A stretch of 64,000 nucleotides of DNA from Candidatus Nealsonbacteria bacterium (GTDB lineage: Bacteria > Patescibacteriota > Minisyncoccia > Minisyncoccales > PWPS01), in the NCBI GenBank assembly GCA_003557645.1, contig PWNV01000020.1, positions 78,328 to 142,327 on the forward strand, written 5' to 3'. Under the pieces are notes generated by a model that did not search any database, was not told where the DNA came from, and saw nothing but the letters and a program-made list of their open reading frames with translations. Of this stretch, positions 45,027-53,759 are shown one piece after another; the stretch's first letter is position 1, and the number at the start of each line of letters is the position of its first letter. A program made the position numbers and the translations under genes.

Positions 45027-45860
45027 TTATAAGTCCCGGAGACAACGAACCGAAAAGCCGAACTCCTGACCGCGGGTATCGCGATAGACGGTAGAGAAAC
45101 CGGAAAGATGGTACCGGTAGTAACTACTCCAGGGACGGGAATCAACTTCGGAGGAAGACCAAAAATTGGCGAACGAACCGAGATAGTAGAAATTGCCGTA
45201 AGTGTCCCGGAAGCCACCTGGGAGAGCAGAAAAGTCGTAGTTATCCGTTCCGGTGTTCATGTCCCACAAGGCAGTGTTTGCTTTTAGTATTGTTCCAGCA
45301 GGTGAGCAGCCCCAATTATTTCTTGTATCACTACAGTTATCAGTTGCAAGATAGTCTTCCAGTGTGTGCCACTCTTCATCTGTTGGCAGATGCCAACCTA
45401 TTGGACAGGAATTGTCTGCTGCTAGATGGTTGTAAAGAACACCGTAGGTTTGGTAGTTACTGGTTGCTTTAGCTGCTTCTACATCTGTGCCATCGTATCC
45501 GTAAACATAGTAATACTTGGTTGCTGTGTCTCCCGTAGCAGGTCCTACTACTTCTGGAAGGTAGGCTAGGTTTTCTGACATCCAACATTGATTACCTATC
45601 TTTGTCGTAGAATAAGTTTGGTTGTCTCTTTCATCTATAAAATCATCTCCACAAGACCACTCTTCGTCAACAACCGGCTCATCTATTTCCGGTTCTTCGG
45701 TTTCTACTGCATCCTCATCAATAACCGGCTCATCCACCTCCGGTTCTTCGTTTTCTACTACATCTTCTACCGGCTCCGGACTTTGGAGTGCCAAAGCAAC
45801 AAGACTTCCTAATACGACAACTCCCAAGAAAATTAAAAATATTTTTAAGTTTTTAGTCAT
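45027..45860 (-). CDS. FISUMP (Fibrobacter succinogenes major paralogous) domain protein
   Basis: TM anchor and an acidic tandem repeat. Then FIDERDNQTY...IGNQCWMSENL...GWHLPTDEEW...FSALPGG...FWSS...GFSVRCL. Local GC is much higher than the surroundings: 35/60 in 45041-45100 versus 19/60 in 44101-44160. Confidence 0.8.
   Translation of the reverse strand: MTKNLKIFLIFLGVVVLGSLVALALQSPEPVEDVVENEEPEVDEPVIDEDAVETEEPEIDEPVVDEEWSCGDDFIDERDNQTYSTTKIGNQCWMSENLAYLPEVVGPATGDTATKYYYVYGYDGTDVEAAKATSNYQTYGVLYNHLAADNSCPIGWHLPTDEEWHTLEDYLATDNCSDTRNNWGCSPAGTILKANTALWDMNTGTDNYDFSALPGGFRDTYGNFYYLGSFANFWSSSEVDSRPWSSYYRYHLSGFSTVYRDTRGQEFGFSVRCLRDL
45668..45769. repeat. 2 x 51-nt tandem repeat inside the FISUMP gene
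   Basis: Units start at 45668 and 45719. They encode EEPEVDEPVIDEDAVET / EEPEIDEPVVDEE. Confidence 0.7.
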
Positions 45861-45927
45861 AATAATTTGTTATTTTATTATATATCACCGCCTTGCTAAT
45901 ACCTTAGCATAAAGAGAATAAATGTTA

Positions 45928-46002
45928 AACAAAAACCCGAGAAGTCCTCGGGGTTGTTATTAGAAAAAAAATAGAAAGAGCTGCCGGGATAGGACTCGAA
46001 CC
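45928..46002. repeat. direct repeat copy B (includes the genuine 3' end of tRNA-Gln and its terminator)
   Basis: Partner of 44727..44806. Confidence 0.75.
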
Positions 46003-46051
46003 TATACTACGAGTGCCAGAAACTCGTGTCCTACCATTAGACGACCCGGCA
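45982..46051 (-). tRNA. tRNA-Gln (anticodon CUG)
   Basis: Manual cloverleaf. Acceptor TGCCGGG/CCCGGCA with the U1-A72 pair typical of tRNA-Gln, anticodon loop TTCTGGC, T-loop TTCGAGT. No encoded CCA. Confidence 0.9.
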
Positions 46052-46055
46052 AAAT

Positions 46056-46967
46056 TTATACTTTCAAATATTTCCCAGTGGCTATTAGGCTAGAAAATAC
46101 GCCTAAAACAATTCCCACAGTAAATTGAAGTAAGAGAATCACAGATATGTTTTGCAAGAAGTATTGATGAAAATCAATCCCCATCGTAATGTTATGGGTC
46201 TGAGGAACTAGAAAAGCAAAAATCAAAAATAACGTGAAAGAAATAAAGCCTGCAAAAAATCCCATTAAAATCCCTTGAATAATGAATGAACCTTGAATAA
46301 AGAGATTAGAAGAACCAACCAAACGCATCACTCGTATCTCTTCTCTTAACCCGTAAATAGCAAGTTTTGTTGTGTTATAAACAAGGACTATGGCGATAAA
46401 GCCCAAAATAGTGCTCACAATAATTCCTCCCCTTCTAACGCTTTCTGTTACAGAAAAAATTCCTTCAATAATGTCTTTCCTTTGATGAAAATCAACACTA
46501 TAAATTAAATCTGAATGAGATTCCTTTAAAAAATCTGCTACTTGAGCATAAACAACTGCATCATCTGCCTTAATGTTTAAAGAGGCTGGAAAAGGATTTC
46601 CTACTTCTTCCAGGGACTCCATTAGTGCAGGTCGATCTCCATACCTTTCAATAAACTCTACCCTTACATCTTCCTTGGAAAGATACTCTATTCCACTAAT
46701 CTCAAATTTTTCTTCAATATCATCTCTCACCCTAAAAATATCTTCTTCTACAACAGTAAGGTTAAAGTCTATGCTAATATCTGCTCTTCCCTCAACGTCA
46801 TCTATTATGATTCCAGCGATGTCCTGAAGAAAAAAAAGTGAGGTAGTTAGCGATATAGTAACTACCAAAACAAACACCGCAACAAAAGAAAGTCCTCCTT
46901 CTCGAGAAAAATTCTTCCATCCCAAGCTACAAACTCTTTTTAGTGAAGTAATTATTTTTTCTTTCAT
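46056..46967 (-). CDS. ftsX: cell division permease-like protein FtsX
   Basis: 303 aa with typical FtsX topology (TM, large loop, 3 TM). Overlaps ftsE by 4 nt. Confidence 0.85.
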   Translation of the reverse strand: MKEKIITSLKRVCSLGWKNFSREGGLSFVAVFVLVVTISLTTSLFFLQDIAGIIIDDVEGRADISIDFNLTVVEEDIFRVRDDIEEKFEISGIEYLSKEDVRVEFIERYGDRPALMESLEEVGNPFPASLNIKADDAVVYAQVADFLKESHSDLIYSVDFHQRKDIIEGIFSVTESVRRGGIIVSTILGFIAIVLVYNTTKLAIYGLREEIRVMRLVGSSNLFIQGSFIIQGILMGFFAGFISFTLFLIFAFLVPQTHNITMGIDFHQYFLQNISVILLLQFTVGIVLGVFSSLIATGKYLKV

Positions 46968-47659
46968 AATATAAATCTTCCTTCTTTAATATCATTTACA
47001 ATTTTACCATCTCTCAAGGAGATAACCCTTTTTCCAAGCGCATTTACACAATCCTTGTCATGCGTAGCAAGTAGTACTGTCGTTCCACACTCGTTAATAC
47101 GCAAAAGTAAGTTTAGTACGTCACGACTGTGATATGGATCCAAGTCTCCTGTAGGTTCATCCGCTAAAATGACATCAGGGTTGTGAATTAAGGCACGAGC
47201 GATAGCTGTTCTTTGCTGCTCTCCTCCTGAAAGTTGATGTGGAAACTGATGTGCTTGCAGTCCAAGGCCAACCATCTCCAGTATTTCCGGAACATCTCTT
47301 TTCACTTCTTTATCTAATGATCCCGTTACTTCCATAGCATAAGCAATATTTTCATAAACTGTTTTTGAGGAAAGTAATTTATAGTCCTGAAATATAGTCC
47401 CAACTCTTCTTCTTATTTTATAAAACTTGGAGGGAGAAACTTTATGCACGTTCTGCCCATCAAAAAAAATTTCTCCTTCTGTTGGTGCCTCTTCTCCAAG
47501 AAGCATACGAAACAGGGTTGTTTTTCCAGCCCCAGACCTTCCGACAACAGAGACAAACTCCCCTTTATCCACCTTAAAAGAAATATTCTCCAAGACAACA
47601 TTTTCTTTTCTGGTAAGGTGTGGAGGAAAAACCTTGGTAATGTTATTGAAAAAAATCAT
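46964..47659 (-). CDS. ftsE: cell division ATP-binding protein FtsE
   Basis: Walker A GRSGAGKTT, signature LSGGEQQR, Walker B ILADEPTG. Start taken at the MIFFNNITKVF Met; the ORF track extends to 47704. Confidence 0.9.
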   Translation of the reverse strand: MIFFNNITKVFPPHLTRKENVVLENISFKVDKGEFVSVVGRSGAGKTTLFRMLLGEEAPTEGEIFFDGQNVHKVSPSKFYKIRRRVGTIFQDYKLLSSKTVYENIAYAMEVTGSLDKEVKRDVPEILEMVGLGLQAHQFPHQLSGGEQQRTAIARALIHNPDVILADEPTGDLDPYHSRDVLNLLLRINECGTTVLLATHDKDCVNALGKRVISLRDGKIVNDIKEGRFIL

Positions 47660-47660
47660 T

Positions 47661-48759
47661 TTATTTCTTAATTCCTGACTCAATAAAAGAGTCAAGACTT
47701 CCATCTAATACTTCTTCAACGTTCGAAGTTTCAACCTTTGTTCGTAAATCTTTTGCTAGTTTATAAGGATGGAGAACATAGTTTCTTATCTGATTTCCCC
47801 AGCTTGCCGATGCTAACTCTCCCCTCTCTTTTTCCATCTTTCTCTTTTTTTCTTCTTCTTGTAGTTGCTCTATCTTGGACCTTAGAATGTTCATTGCTTC
47901 TTTCTTGTTTTCACCTTGCAACTTTCCACTTTGTGAGCTAGCTGTAAGTTTGGTAGGAAGATGAGTGATACGCACCGCTGTTTCTCTTCTGTTTACATGC
48001 TGCCCTCCTGGTCCAGAAGAACGAAAAGTATCGATACGTAGATCTTCCTCTTTGATCTCCACTTCTGAATCTTTTTCCTCTATTTTCGGAATCACACTAA
48101 CTTGCGCAAAAGAGGTGTGTCGGACACTAGCTGAAGAAAAAGGAGACTTGCGAACAAGTCGATGAACTCCACTTTCCTTCTTTAAAAATCCGAAAACATA
48201 AGAACCTTTTATCTCTAGGGAAACATCTTTTATCCCTGTTCTTCCTTCCGGGCCACCAGCCTCTCCAAAAGAAGTAGATATCACTTTTACCTTGTAATTC
48301 TTTCTTTCTGCATAACGCTCGTACATCCGAAGAAGCATTGCGGCAAAATCTTCTGCATCTCTCCCACCTGCTCCAGAAGATATTTCTATTATAGCATCAT
48401 TTCTATCAAATTTACCAGACAGGAAAATACGGAATTCTTCCTTTTTGATTTTTTCTTTAAGCTCTATCACTTCTTTCTGTAATTCCTTCATTATCTCCTC
48501 ATCCTCTTCTGTTTCTCTATGAATATCTTTTATATCCTCTACTTTTTTCTTTAGCTCTGTCATCTTCTCTATATCGTCCTCGAGCAAAGAAAGTTCTTTT
48601 TGTTTTTTAACCGCACCTTCAGGCTTATTCCAGAAATCAGGATGGGAAACTTCCTCTCTAAGCTTTTCTACTTTTTTTGTTTTACCTTTTACATCAAAGA
48701 CACTCCTCCATGTGGAGGATTTTATCTTCAATTTCTTTAATGTCTTTTTCTATTTCCAT
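47661..48759 (-). CDS. prfB: peptide chain release factor 2, with programmed +1 frameshift
   Basis: Frame 0 runs from ATG 48759 to CTT TGA at 48699-48694, preceded by the SD-like GGAGGAG. A +1 shift continues as DVKGKTKKVEKL... into the 47661..48731 ORF. SPF and GGQ motifs are present. Confidence 0.9.
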
Positions 48760-48777
48760 AATTATAATAAATTAATG

Positions 48778-48849
48778 AGCCAGCGACCGGAATTGAACCG
48801 GTGACCTGCTCTTTACGAGAGAGCTGCTCTGCCTCTGAGCTACGCTGGC
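48778..48849 (-). tRNA. tRNA-Thr (anticodon CGU)
   Basis: Manual cloverleaf. Acceptor GCCAGCG/CGCTGGC, anticodon loop CTCGTAA, T-loop TTCAATT. Confidence 0.9.
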
Positions 48850-48864
48850 AAACTGAATTTTCTG

Positions 48865-48935
48865 AGCGAGTGAGGGGAATCGAACCCCCGTCTCAACCTT
48901 GGGAAGGTTGCATTCTGCCACTGAACCACACTCGC
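48865..48935 (-). tRNA. tRNA-Gly (anticodon CCC)
   Basis: Manual cloverleaf. Acceptor GCGAGTG/CACTCGC, anticodon loop TTCCCAA, T-loop TTCGATT. Confidence 0.9.
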
Positions 48936-48943
48936 ATCGATTC

Positions 48944-49306
48944 TTACGGCAAAACATCAAGAAGCCTGTCCCAAAAGTCCTTTTCTTCTTCAATCTCTTC
49001 TTCCTCTTCTTCCTCTTCTTCTTCTCTGGAAATAACAACAACTTCTTCTCCCTCTCTTCTAAGTAAAAGTTGCTCTCTGGCTATTTGCTCAATTACTTCC
49101 ATCTTGTCGTAACTTCCTACTTCTGCCTTTAAATAGTCTTGCCTTAAGGTCTCTCTTTCAATCTTTTCTTCAAGAGATTCAATCTTTGCAATCTTTTCAA
49201 CTCTTTCCTGCCATATGTTAAAATTTATATAAGAAAGGAGCAAAACAGCAAAAACAACAAAAACAAGGACTACATCAATATTTCTTTTTTTCTTCTTCCT
49301 TGTCAT
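48944..49306 (-). CDS. FtsB/DivIC-like septum formation initiator with poly-Glu tail
   Basis: TM helix, coiled coil, EQIAREQLLLRREGE motif, then EEEEEEEEEIEEE. Ends 9 nt before tRNA-Gly. Confidence 0.6.
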   Translation of the reverse strand: MTRKKKKRNIDVVLVFVVFAVLLLSYINFNIWQERVEKIAKIESLEEKIERETLRQDYLKAEVGSYDKMEVIEQIAREQLLLRREGEEVVVISREEEEEEEEEEIEEEKDFWDRLLDVLP

Positions 49307-49336
49307 ACTGTATTATATCTTTCATGAAGGAAAATA

Positions 49337-51112
49337 TCAATTACCCCTAAAAGCCTTAAAATACGCTTCTTGAGGAATATTGACCTTACCCTCCTTTTCT
49401 AATCTCTTCTTTCCTTTCTTTTGTTTCTCTAAAAGTTTCCTTTTCCGAGTCACATCTCCCCCATACAAGTCTCCAGTAACATCTTTTCTTCTTGCCTTGA
49501 TGGTTTCTCTGGCAATAATTTTCCCTCCCACCTTTGCCTGCAGTGCTACCGCAAACTGTTGTGGAGGGATTACTTCCTTAAGCCTGGCAACCATCTTTTT
49601 ACCTTCTTCGTAAGCTTCTGTACGAGGAACTATTGTAGAAAATGCTTCATCGGGCTTATGGGCAATCAAAATCTCCATTTTGACAAGATCTTCTGGATAA
49701 AAGCCAATAAACTTGTATCCCGCAGAGGCATACCCCTTGGTAAAGCTTTTTAGCTTATCGTGAAAATCAACAACAACATTCCGAAGAGGTGCATTGTAAA
49801 GAGTCAACACCCTGCTCTCAGAAAGATAACGGGTATCTGCATAATTTCCCTTTAAACTGTTTAAAGTCTCCGTTGTACTGCCTAGCATATTCTCTGGTGT
49901 AATCACTTCCAGTTGTACCCAGGGTTCTTCGGTTCGATCTATCTCTGATCCATCTGGGAAATCGGAAGCTGATCTAATTTCTATCTCCTCTTTGTTTCTT
50001 TTTATCACTTTAAACGTTACCGATGGCGCGGATATTATAAGGTCAAGATTAAATTCTCTTCTCAGTCTCTCTGAGATAATCTCTGAATGAAGGGATCCCA
50101 GATAACCACAACGAAAACCTCTTCCAAACGCCTCCCTGAACTCTGGGTCAAATATAAACGCAGGATCAGTAAGCTTTATCTCATACAAGGCGTTGCGTAA
50201 AACATTGTAACTCGCAGCTTCACGAGGATAAAGACTGCTGAACACCATCGGTTTTGGTTCCTTGTATCCAGGGAGAGGAGTTGCACTTTCTCCTTTTCTA
50301 CAAATAGTGTCTCCCGATCTTACCACCCCTATATCCTTTATACCAGTAGCTATATACCCTATATCCCCTTCTTTAATCTTTGGCTGGGAAACTTGAAGAG
50401 GAGAGAAGAAGCCCACCTCTTTTGCTTCTCCACTTTCTTTTGAAGCAGAAAGATAAATATGTTCTTTCGTTTTGACCTCTCCACTCACCACTCTTACATG
50501 GGCAATAATTCCTTTATAAGAATTATACTCTGAATCAAAAACAAGAGCACGAAAAAAGTTATCATTCTCTACACTTGGAGGAGAAATTCTTTCAACAATA
50601 GCGCCAAGTACTTCTTCTATGTTAATCGCTTGTTTTGCGGATATCTTGATAATTTCTTCTCTTTTCACTCCCAGAGCTTCTACCATCTCTTTCTCTGTCT
50701 CCTCTATCATTGCATTATCCGAATCTATCTTGTTAATTACCGGGATAATTGCAAATTTATCTCCTTTCTCTTTAGCAAGCTGTAAGTTTGCCAAAGTCTG
50801 AGCTTGAATCCCTTTTGTTGCATCAACTAAAAGCACTGCGCCTTCAACAGCAGCAAGTGAACGAGACACCTCATAAGAAAAATCAACATGGCCAGGAGTA
50901 TCGATCATGTTAAGTATATACTCTCCATAAATCATGCGTACTGGACGCAATTTAATGTTAATTCCTCTTTCACGCTCAAGGTCCATGCTGTCAAGGAACT
51001 GTTCTTGCATGTCTTTTTTTGAAACAGTTTTCGTGATCTCTAAAAACCTATCGGCAAGTGTAGATTTTCCGTGATCTATATGAGATATAATGCAAAAGTT
51101 TCTTATTTTCAT
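49337..51112 (-). CDS. lepA: translation elongation factor 4
   Basis: GTPase motifs HIDHGKST and DTPGH, plus the LepA-specific C-terminal region. Confidence 0.95.
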   Translation of the reverse strand: MKIRNFCIISHIDHGKSTLADRFLEITKTVSKKDMQEQFLDSMDLERERGINIKLRPVRMIYGEYILNMIDTPGHVDFSYEVSRSLAAVEGAVLLVDATKGIQAQTLANLQLAKEKGDKFAIIPVINKIDSDNAMIEETEKEMVEALGVKREEIIKISAKQAINIEEVLGAIVERISPPSVENDNFFRALVFDSEYNSYKGIIAHVRVVSGEVKTKEHIYLSASKESGEAKEVGFFSPLQVSQPKIKEGDIGYIATGIKDIGVVRSGDTICRKGESATPLPGYKEPKPMVFSSLYPREAASYNVLRNALYEIKLTDPAFIFDPEFREAFGRGFRCGYLGSLHSEIISERLRREFNLDLIISAPSVTFKVIKRNKEEIEIRSASDFPDGSEIDRTEEPWVQLEVITPENMLGSTTETLNSLKGNYADTRYLSESRVLTLYNAPLRNVVVDFHDKLKSFTKGYASAGYKFIGFYPEDLVKMEILIAHKPDEAFSTIVPRTEAYEEGKKMVARLKEVIPPQQFAVALQAKVGGKIIARETIKARRKDVTGDLYGGDVTRKRKLLEKQKKGKKRLEKEGKVNIPQEAYFKAFRGN

Positions 51113-52758
51113 CGTTTAGAAAAAGATTCAACTGTTCTAACAAGCTCAGGAGAATTAAGCGCTTTTGAGGTTAGAACATAAACTAATAATCCAGTACAGA
51201 AAGCAACAATAATTTGAATAAAAACATCCAGGAAAGTGTCAACATCTAAGATGGTCCCCGTTACACGTAAGGAAGCAAAGATTACCGCTCCCGTCAAGAA
51301 AGAAGAAGCGATGATTCTGATTAATGACTCGCCTATCTCTCTTTCTTTGAAAAATCCCATCTTTTTTTTCAAGAAAAATACAAGGAGAAGCAGATGCAAA
51401 ATAGTAGAAAATAAAATCGCCAAAGGAAAGGCAATAACTTCAATATGAGGAAGCAGCTCTTCGAGCCTTAAAAAACTTACAAAAAATGAACGAAAAAAAT
51501 TATCAAATCCAAGCGCCCAAATAAAAAGAAAAGAAAGCACTACATTAAAGGTCATCGAAGTAACCGACGCGATAACAGGCGTACGAGTGTCCTGGAAGGA
51601 AAAAAATGCACGTACAAACACATGTACAAGAGCGGTAGCAAAAAAAGAAAAAGAAAAAACGCCGAGAGAAGCGGCTGTTAACTGTGTTGCTCCCCACCCA
51701 AAAGCTCCTGTTCCAAGAACAAGACGAACAATTTGTGCTCGTAATAGAAAAACCGCTATACTTACCGGAATAATAAGAAAAAGAACTTGTCTTACAACCA
51801 TAGAAAAATGCTCTAAAAACATTTCCTTGTTCTTGGATGCAAAAGACCGTGAAAAAGCCGGGAAAGCAGCAACTGCAAAAGCTACTCCGATTATTCTTAC
51901 AGGAAAAGCCTGTAGATGTTCAGCAAAATAGAAAACAGAGATACTTCCCGCAGCGAGTGAGGACCCTAAGGCCGTGATTACAATCAAATTAATTTGAGTT
52001 GCAAACTGCCCGATAAAACGAGGTATTATTAAATGAAAAATACGCTTTAATTCTTTCTGTTTTAAGTCAATAAACCATTTATAGGAAAATCCTGAAAACT
52101 TAGCAGGAAATATTTGAATTGCAAAATGTAAAATTGACCCGATAACCACTCCCGCAGCAACACCCATGATAGCTTTTTCGGGATGAAAAAGCGGAACCAA
52201 AAAAATAATTCCAAAAATGATTCCTATATTATAAAGCACAGGCGCCAAAGAATATGCAAAAAAACGATCAAAGTACTGTAGTACCCCCGAAAAAAGACTA
52301 GACATCCCAAGGAGTACAGGGCTTATCATCATAATCCTGGTTAGTGGCACCATAAACTCTCTGTCTGCATCTGTAAAGCCAGGGGCGATGATTCGTATCA
52401 CTAATGGAGCAAAAATAAAGAGTAAACTACCTAAACAAAAAAGTATTAAACACAAAACATTTAATACATTATTTGCTAATTTCCACCCCTCTTTTTCGTT
52501 TTTTTCAAATGTTTCTGCAAAAACAGGAAGAAAGGCAGCTACAATTCCTCCTGTTATTAAGACTCCGTACACAAAGTCTGGAATCCTAAAAGCAGCAAAA
52601 TAAATGTCAAGATCAACTCCCGCTCCAAAGTTTCCAGCCAGAAGACGATCTCGTAAAAGACCTAAAAGCGCACTTACTCCTACAGAAAAAGCAATCAAAA
52701 CAGCAGAAAAGGTAATCGTATTAGATCTTTTGTTGAGTATGCGCTTTATCATCACCAA
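51109..52758 (-). CDS. murJ: lipid II flippase MurJ
   Basis: 549 aa, about 14 TM helices. N-terminal LGLLRDRLLAGNFGAG...DIYFAAFRIP is typical of MurJ/MviN. Confidence 0.85.
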   Translation of the reverse strand: MVMIKRILNKRSNTITFSAVLIAFSVGVSALLGLLRDRLLAGNFGAGVDLDIYFAAFRIPDFVYGVLITGGIVAAFLPVFAETFEKNEKEGWKLANNVLNVLCLILFCLGSLLFIFAPLVIRIIAPGFTDADREFMVPLTRIMMISPVLLGMSSLFSGVLQYFDRFFAYSLAPVLYNIGIIFGIIFLVPLFHPEKAIMGVAAGVVIGSILHFAIQIFPAKFSGFSYKWFIDLKQKELKRIFHLIIPRFIGQFATQINLIVITALGSSLAAGSISVFYFAEHLQAFPVRIIGVAFAVAAFPAFSRSFASKNKEMFLEHFSMVVRQVLFLIIPVSIAVFLLRAQIVRLVLGTGAFGWGATQLTAASLGVFSFSFFATALVHVFVRAFFSFQDTRTPVIASVTSMTFNVVLSFLFIWALGFDNFFRSFFVSFLRLEELLPHIEVIAFPLAILFSTILHLLLLVFFLKKKMGFFKEREIGESLIRIIASSFLTGAVIFASLRVTGTILDVDTFLDVFIQIIVAFCTGLLVYVLTSKALNSPELVRTVESFSKR

Positions 52759-52775
52759 ATATTAATATAAAAAAA

Positions 52776-53107
52776 GCTCAAGTAGGACGTAAGCTGAATT
52801 CTGTTATTCCTACAAAAAGTAGAAACGATAATCATTTATCTTGGCTTCGAATTACTTCGAAGCTCCAGCGGGCTACCAAAATTTGCCCTTGCACTCGGAT
52901 AGGGATTTAGCCGTTTCACTCCTAATGTCTCCATTAGGACTATTCCCGAAGGAATCGTCTTTCCTTACGAAAAAACGCGTCTCTGCTCGCACCCCTCGCT
53001 TTACAGCGTGCGGGAATTACCCGCTATCTTTTTACTTAAAAAGTGAGTGTTCAGACTTTCCTCCCTTCTTCATTAAAAAGAAGAGCGATTACCTCACCTA
53101 CTTGAGC
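52776..53107 (-). ncRNA. rnpB: RNase P RNA (bacterial type A-like)
   Basis: On the minus strand: P1 GCUCAAGUAGG pairs with CCUACUUGAGC. Conserved regions are CR-I GGGAGGAAAGUCUGAAC, GUGCAAGGGCAAA, CR-IV AGAUAAAUGAUUAUC and CR-V ACAGAAUUCAGCUUAC. P4 complementarity is AAGUCUGAA/UUCAGCUU. Confidence 0.85.
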
Positions 53108-53151
53108 CGAATTTAATAGTGACACATCTAGGGTAAAGTGTCAATAAATGT

Positions 53152-53181
53152 TAAAGGAGAGAGTGGTGTTCTCTCTCCTTT
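53152..53181 (-). repeat. 30-nt hairpin element, copy 1 (3' of the 139-aa Gre-like gene)
   Basis: taaaggagagagtggtgttctctctccttt, 100% identical to 53712..53741. 8-bp stem GGAGAGAG/CUCUCUCC. Only a 3-nt U tract follows on the minus strand. Confidence 0.8.
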
Positions 53182-53203
53182 AGCTTCCCAAGACTTTTAA
53201 CTC

Positions 53204-53623
53204 TTAAAGCTCATACAAATCAATGATTGTTATATTTAGCTTTCCTACGGGAGCATCTACAGTGACTGTTTCTCCAGGGCTCTTTCCCTGAAGAGCTTTA
53301 GCGATCGGTGCTTCTTCGGATATAAACCTGTAAAGATTATTGTTATTTTCAATAGGAGGTAGCTGCTTGCAGAATATAAGATCAATTTCTTCAGGACCGA
53401 TTCCTCCTACTTTCGCAACAAAAGAAAATTTGCTGTTTTTCATGAAATCATCAATCTCACGAAGACTCTTATTTACTCTTTCTAGCTCAAAATGAAGAGC
53501 ACCAGCAGTACTCCCCTTTTCGTCTCTGCATCCTGGGCCATTTTTGACATTACAGATCTGCTGATGTAACCTCTCTTTGCTTTCAAGTAATCTCTGCTTT
53601 TTTTCTTCTATTTCAATGAACAC
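53204..53623 (-). CDS. GreA/GreB-family-like protein (139 aa)
   Basis: N-terminal coiled-coil hairpin plus a C-terminal Gre domain: ISEEAPIAKALQGKSPGETVTVDAPVGKLNITIIDL. GTG start with SD aaggagg. Confidence 0.65.
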   Translation of the reverse strand: MFIEIEEKKQRLLESKERLHQQICNVKNGPGCRDEKGSTAGALHFELERVNKSLREIDDFMKNSKFSFVAKVGGIGPEEIDLIFCKQLPPIENNNNLYRFISEEAPIAKALQGKSPGETVTVDAPVGKLNITIIDLYEL

Positions 53624-53711
53624 TATATAACAACCTCCTTAAATTTTTAAAGCTTTGGGAAGCTTTGGTGATATAATATATTAATTTTTCTAAAAATCAA
53701 TAGATTACGTG

Positions 53712-53741
53712 TAAAGGAGAGAGTGGTGTTCTCTCTCCTTT
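53712..53741 (-). repeat. 30-nt hairpin element, copy 2 (3' of the 141-aa Gre-like gene)
   Basis: Identical to 53152..53181. Confidence 0.8.
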
Positions 53742-53759
53742 TTTGGGGTTTCAAGGGTT

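Noticed and set aside
45027-45217. Possible diversity-generating retroelement target. The FISUMP domain is lectin-like, the gene is compositionally odd, and a shadow ORF lies at 44990..45217.
   Set aside because: No reverse transcriptase is present, and no template repeat matching the 3' end of the gene occurs anywhere in the window. The C-terminus looks like an ordinary FISUMP consensus.
48772-49112. ORF-track ORFs 48772..49041 (-) 89 aa and 48801..49112 (+) 103 aa.
   Set aside because: They run through tRNA-Thr and tRNA-Gly and through the low-complexity poly-Glu coding region of the FtsB-like gene. They are spurious.
52841-53116. ORF-track ORF 52841..53116 (+) 91 aa.
   Set aside because: It is antisense to, and fully contained within, the RNase P RNA gene.
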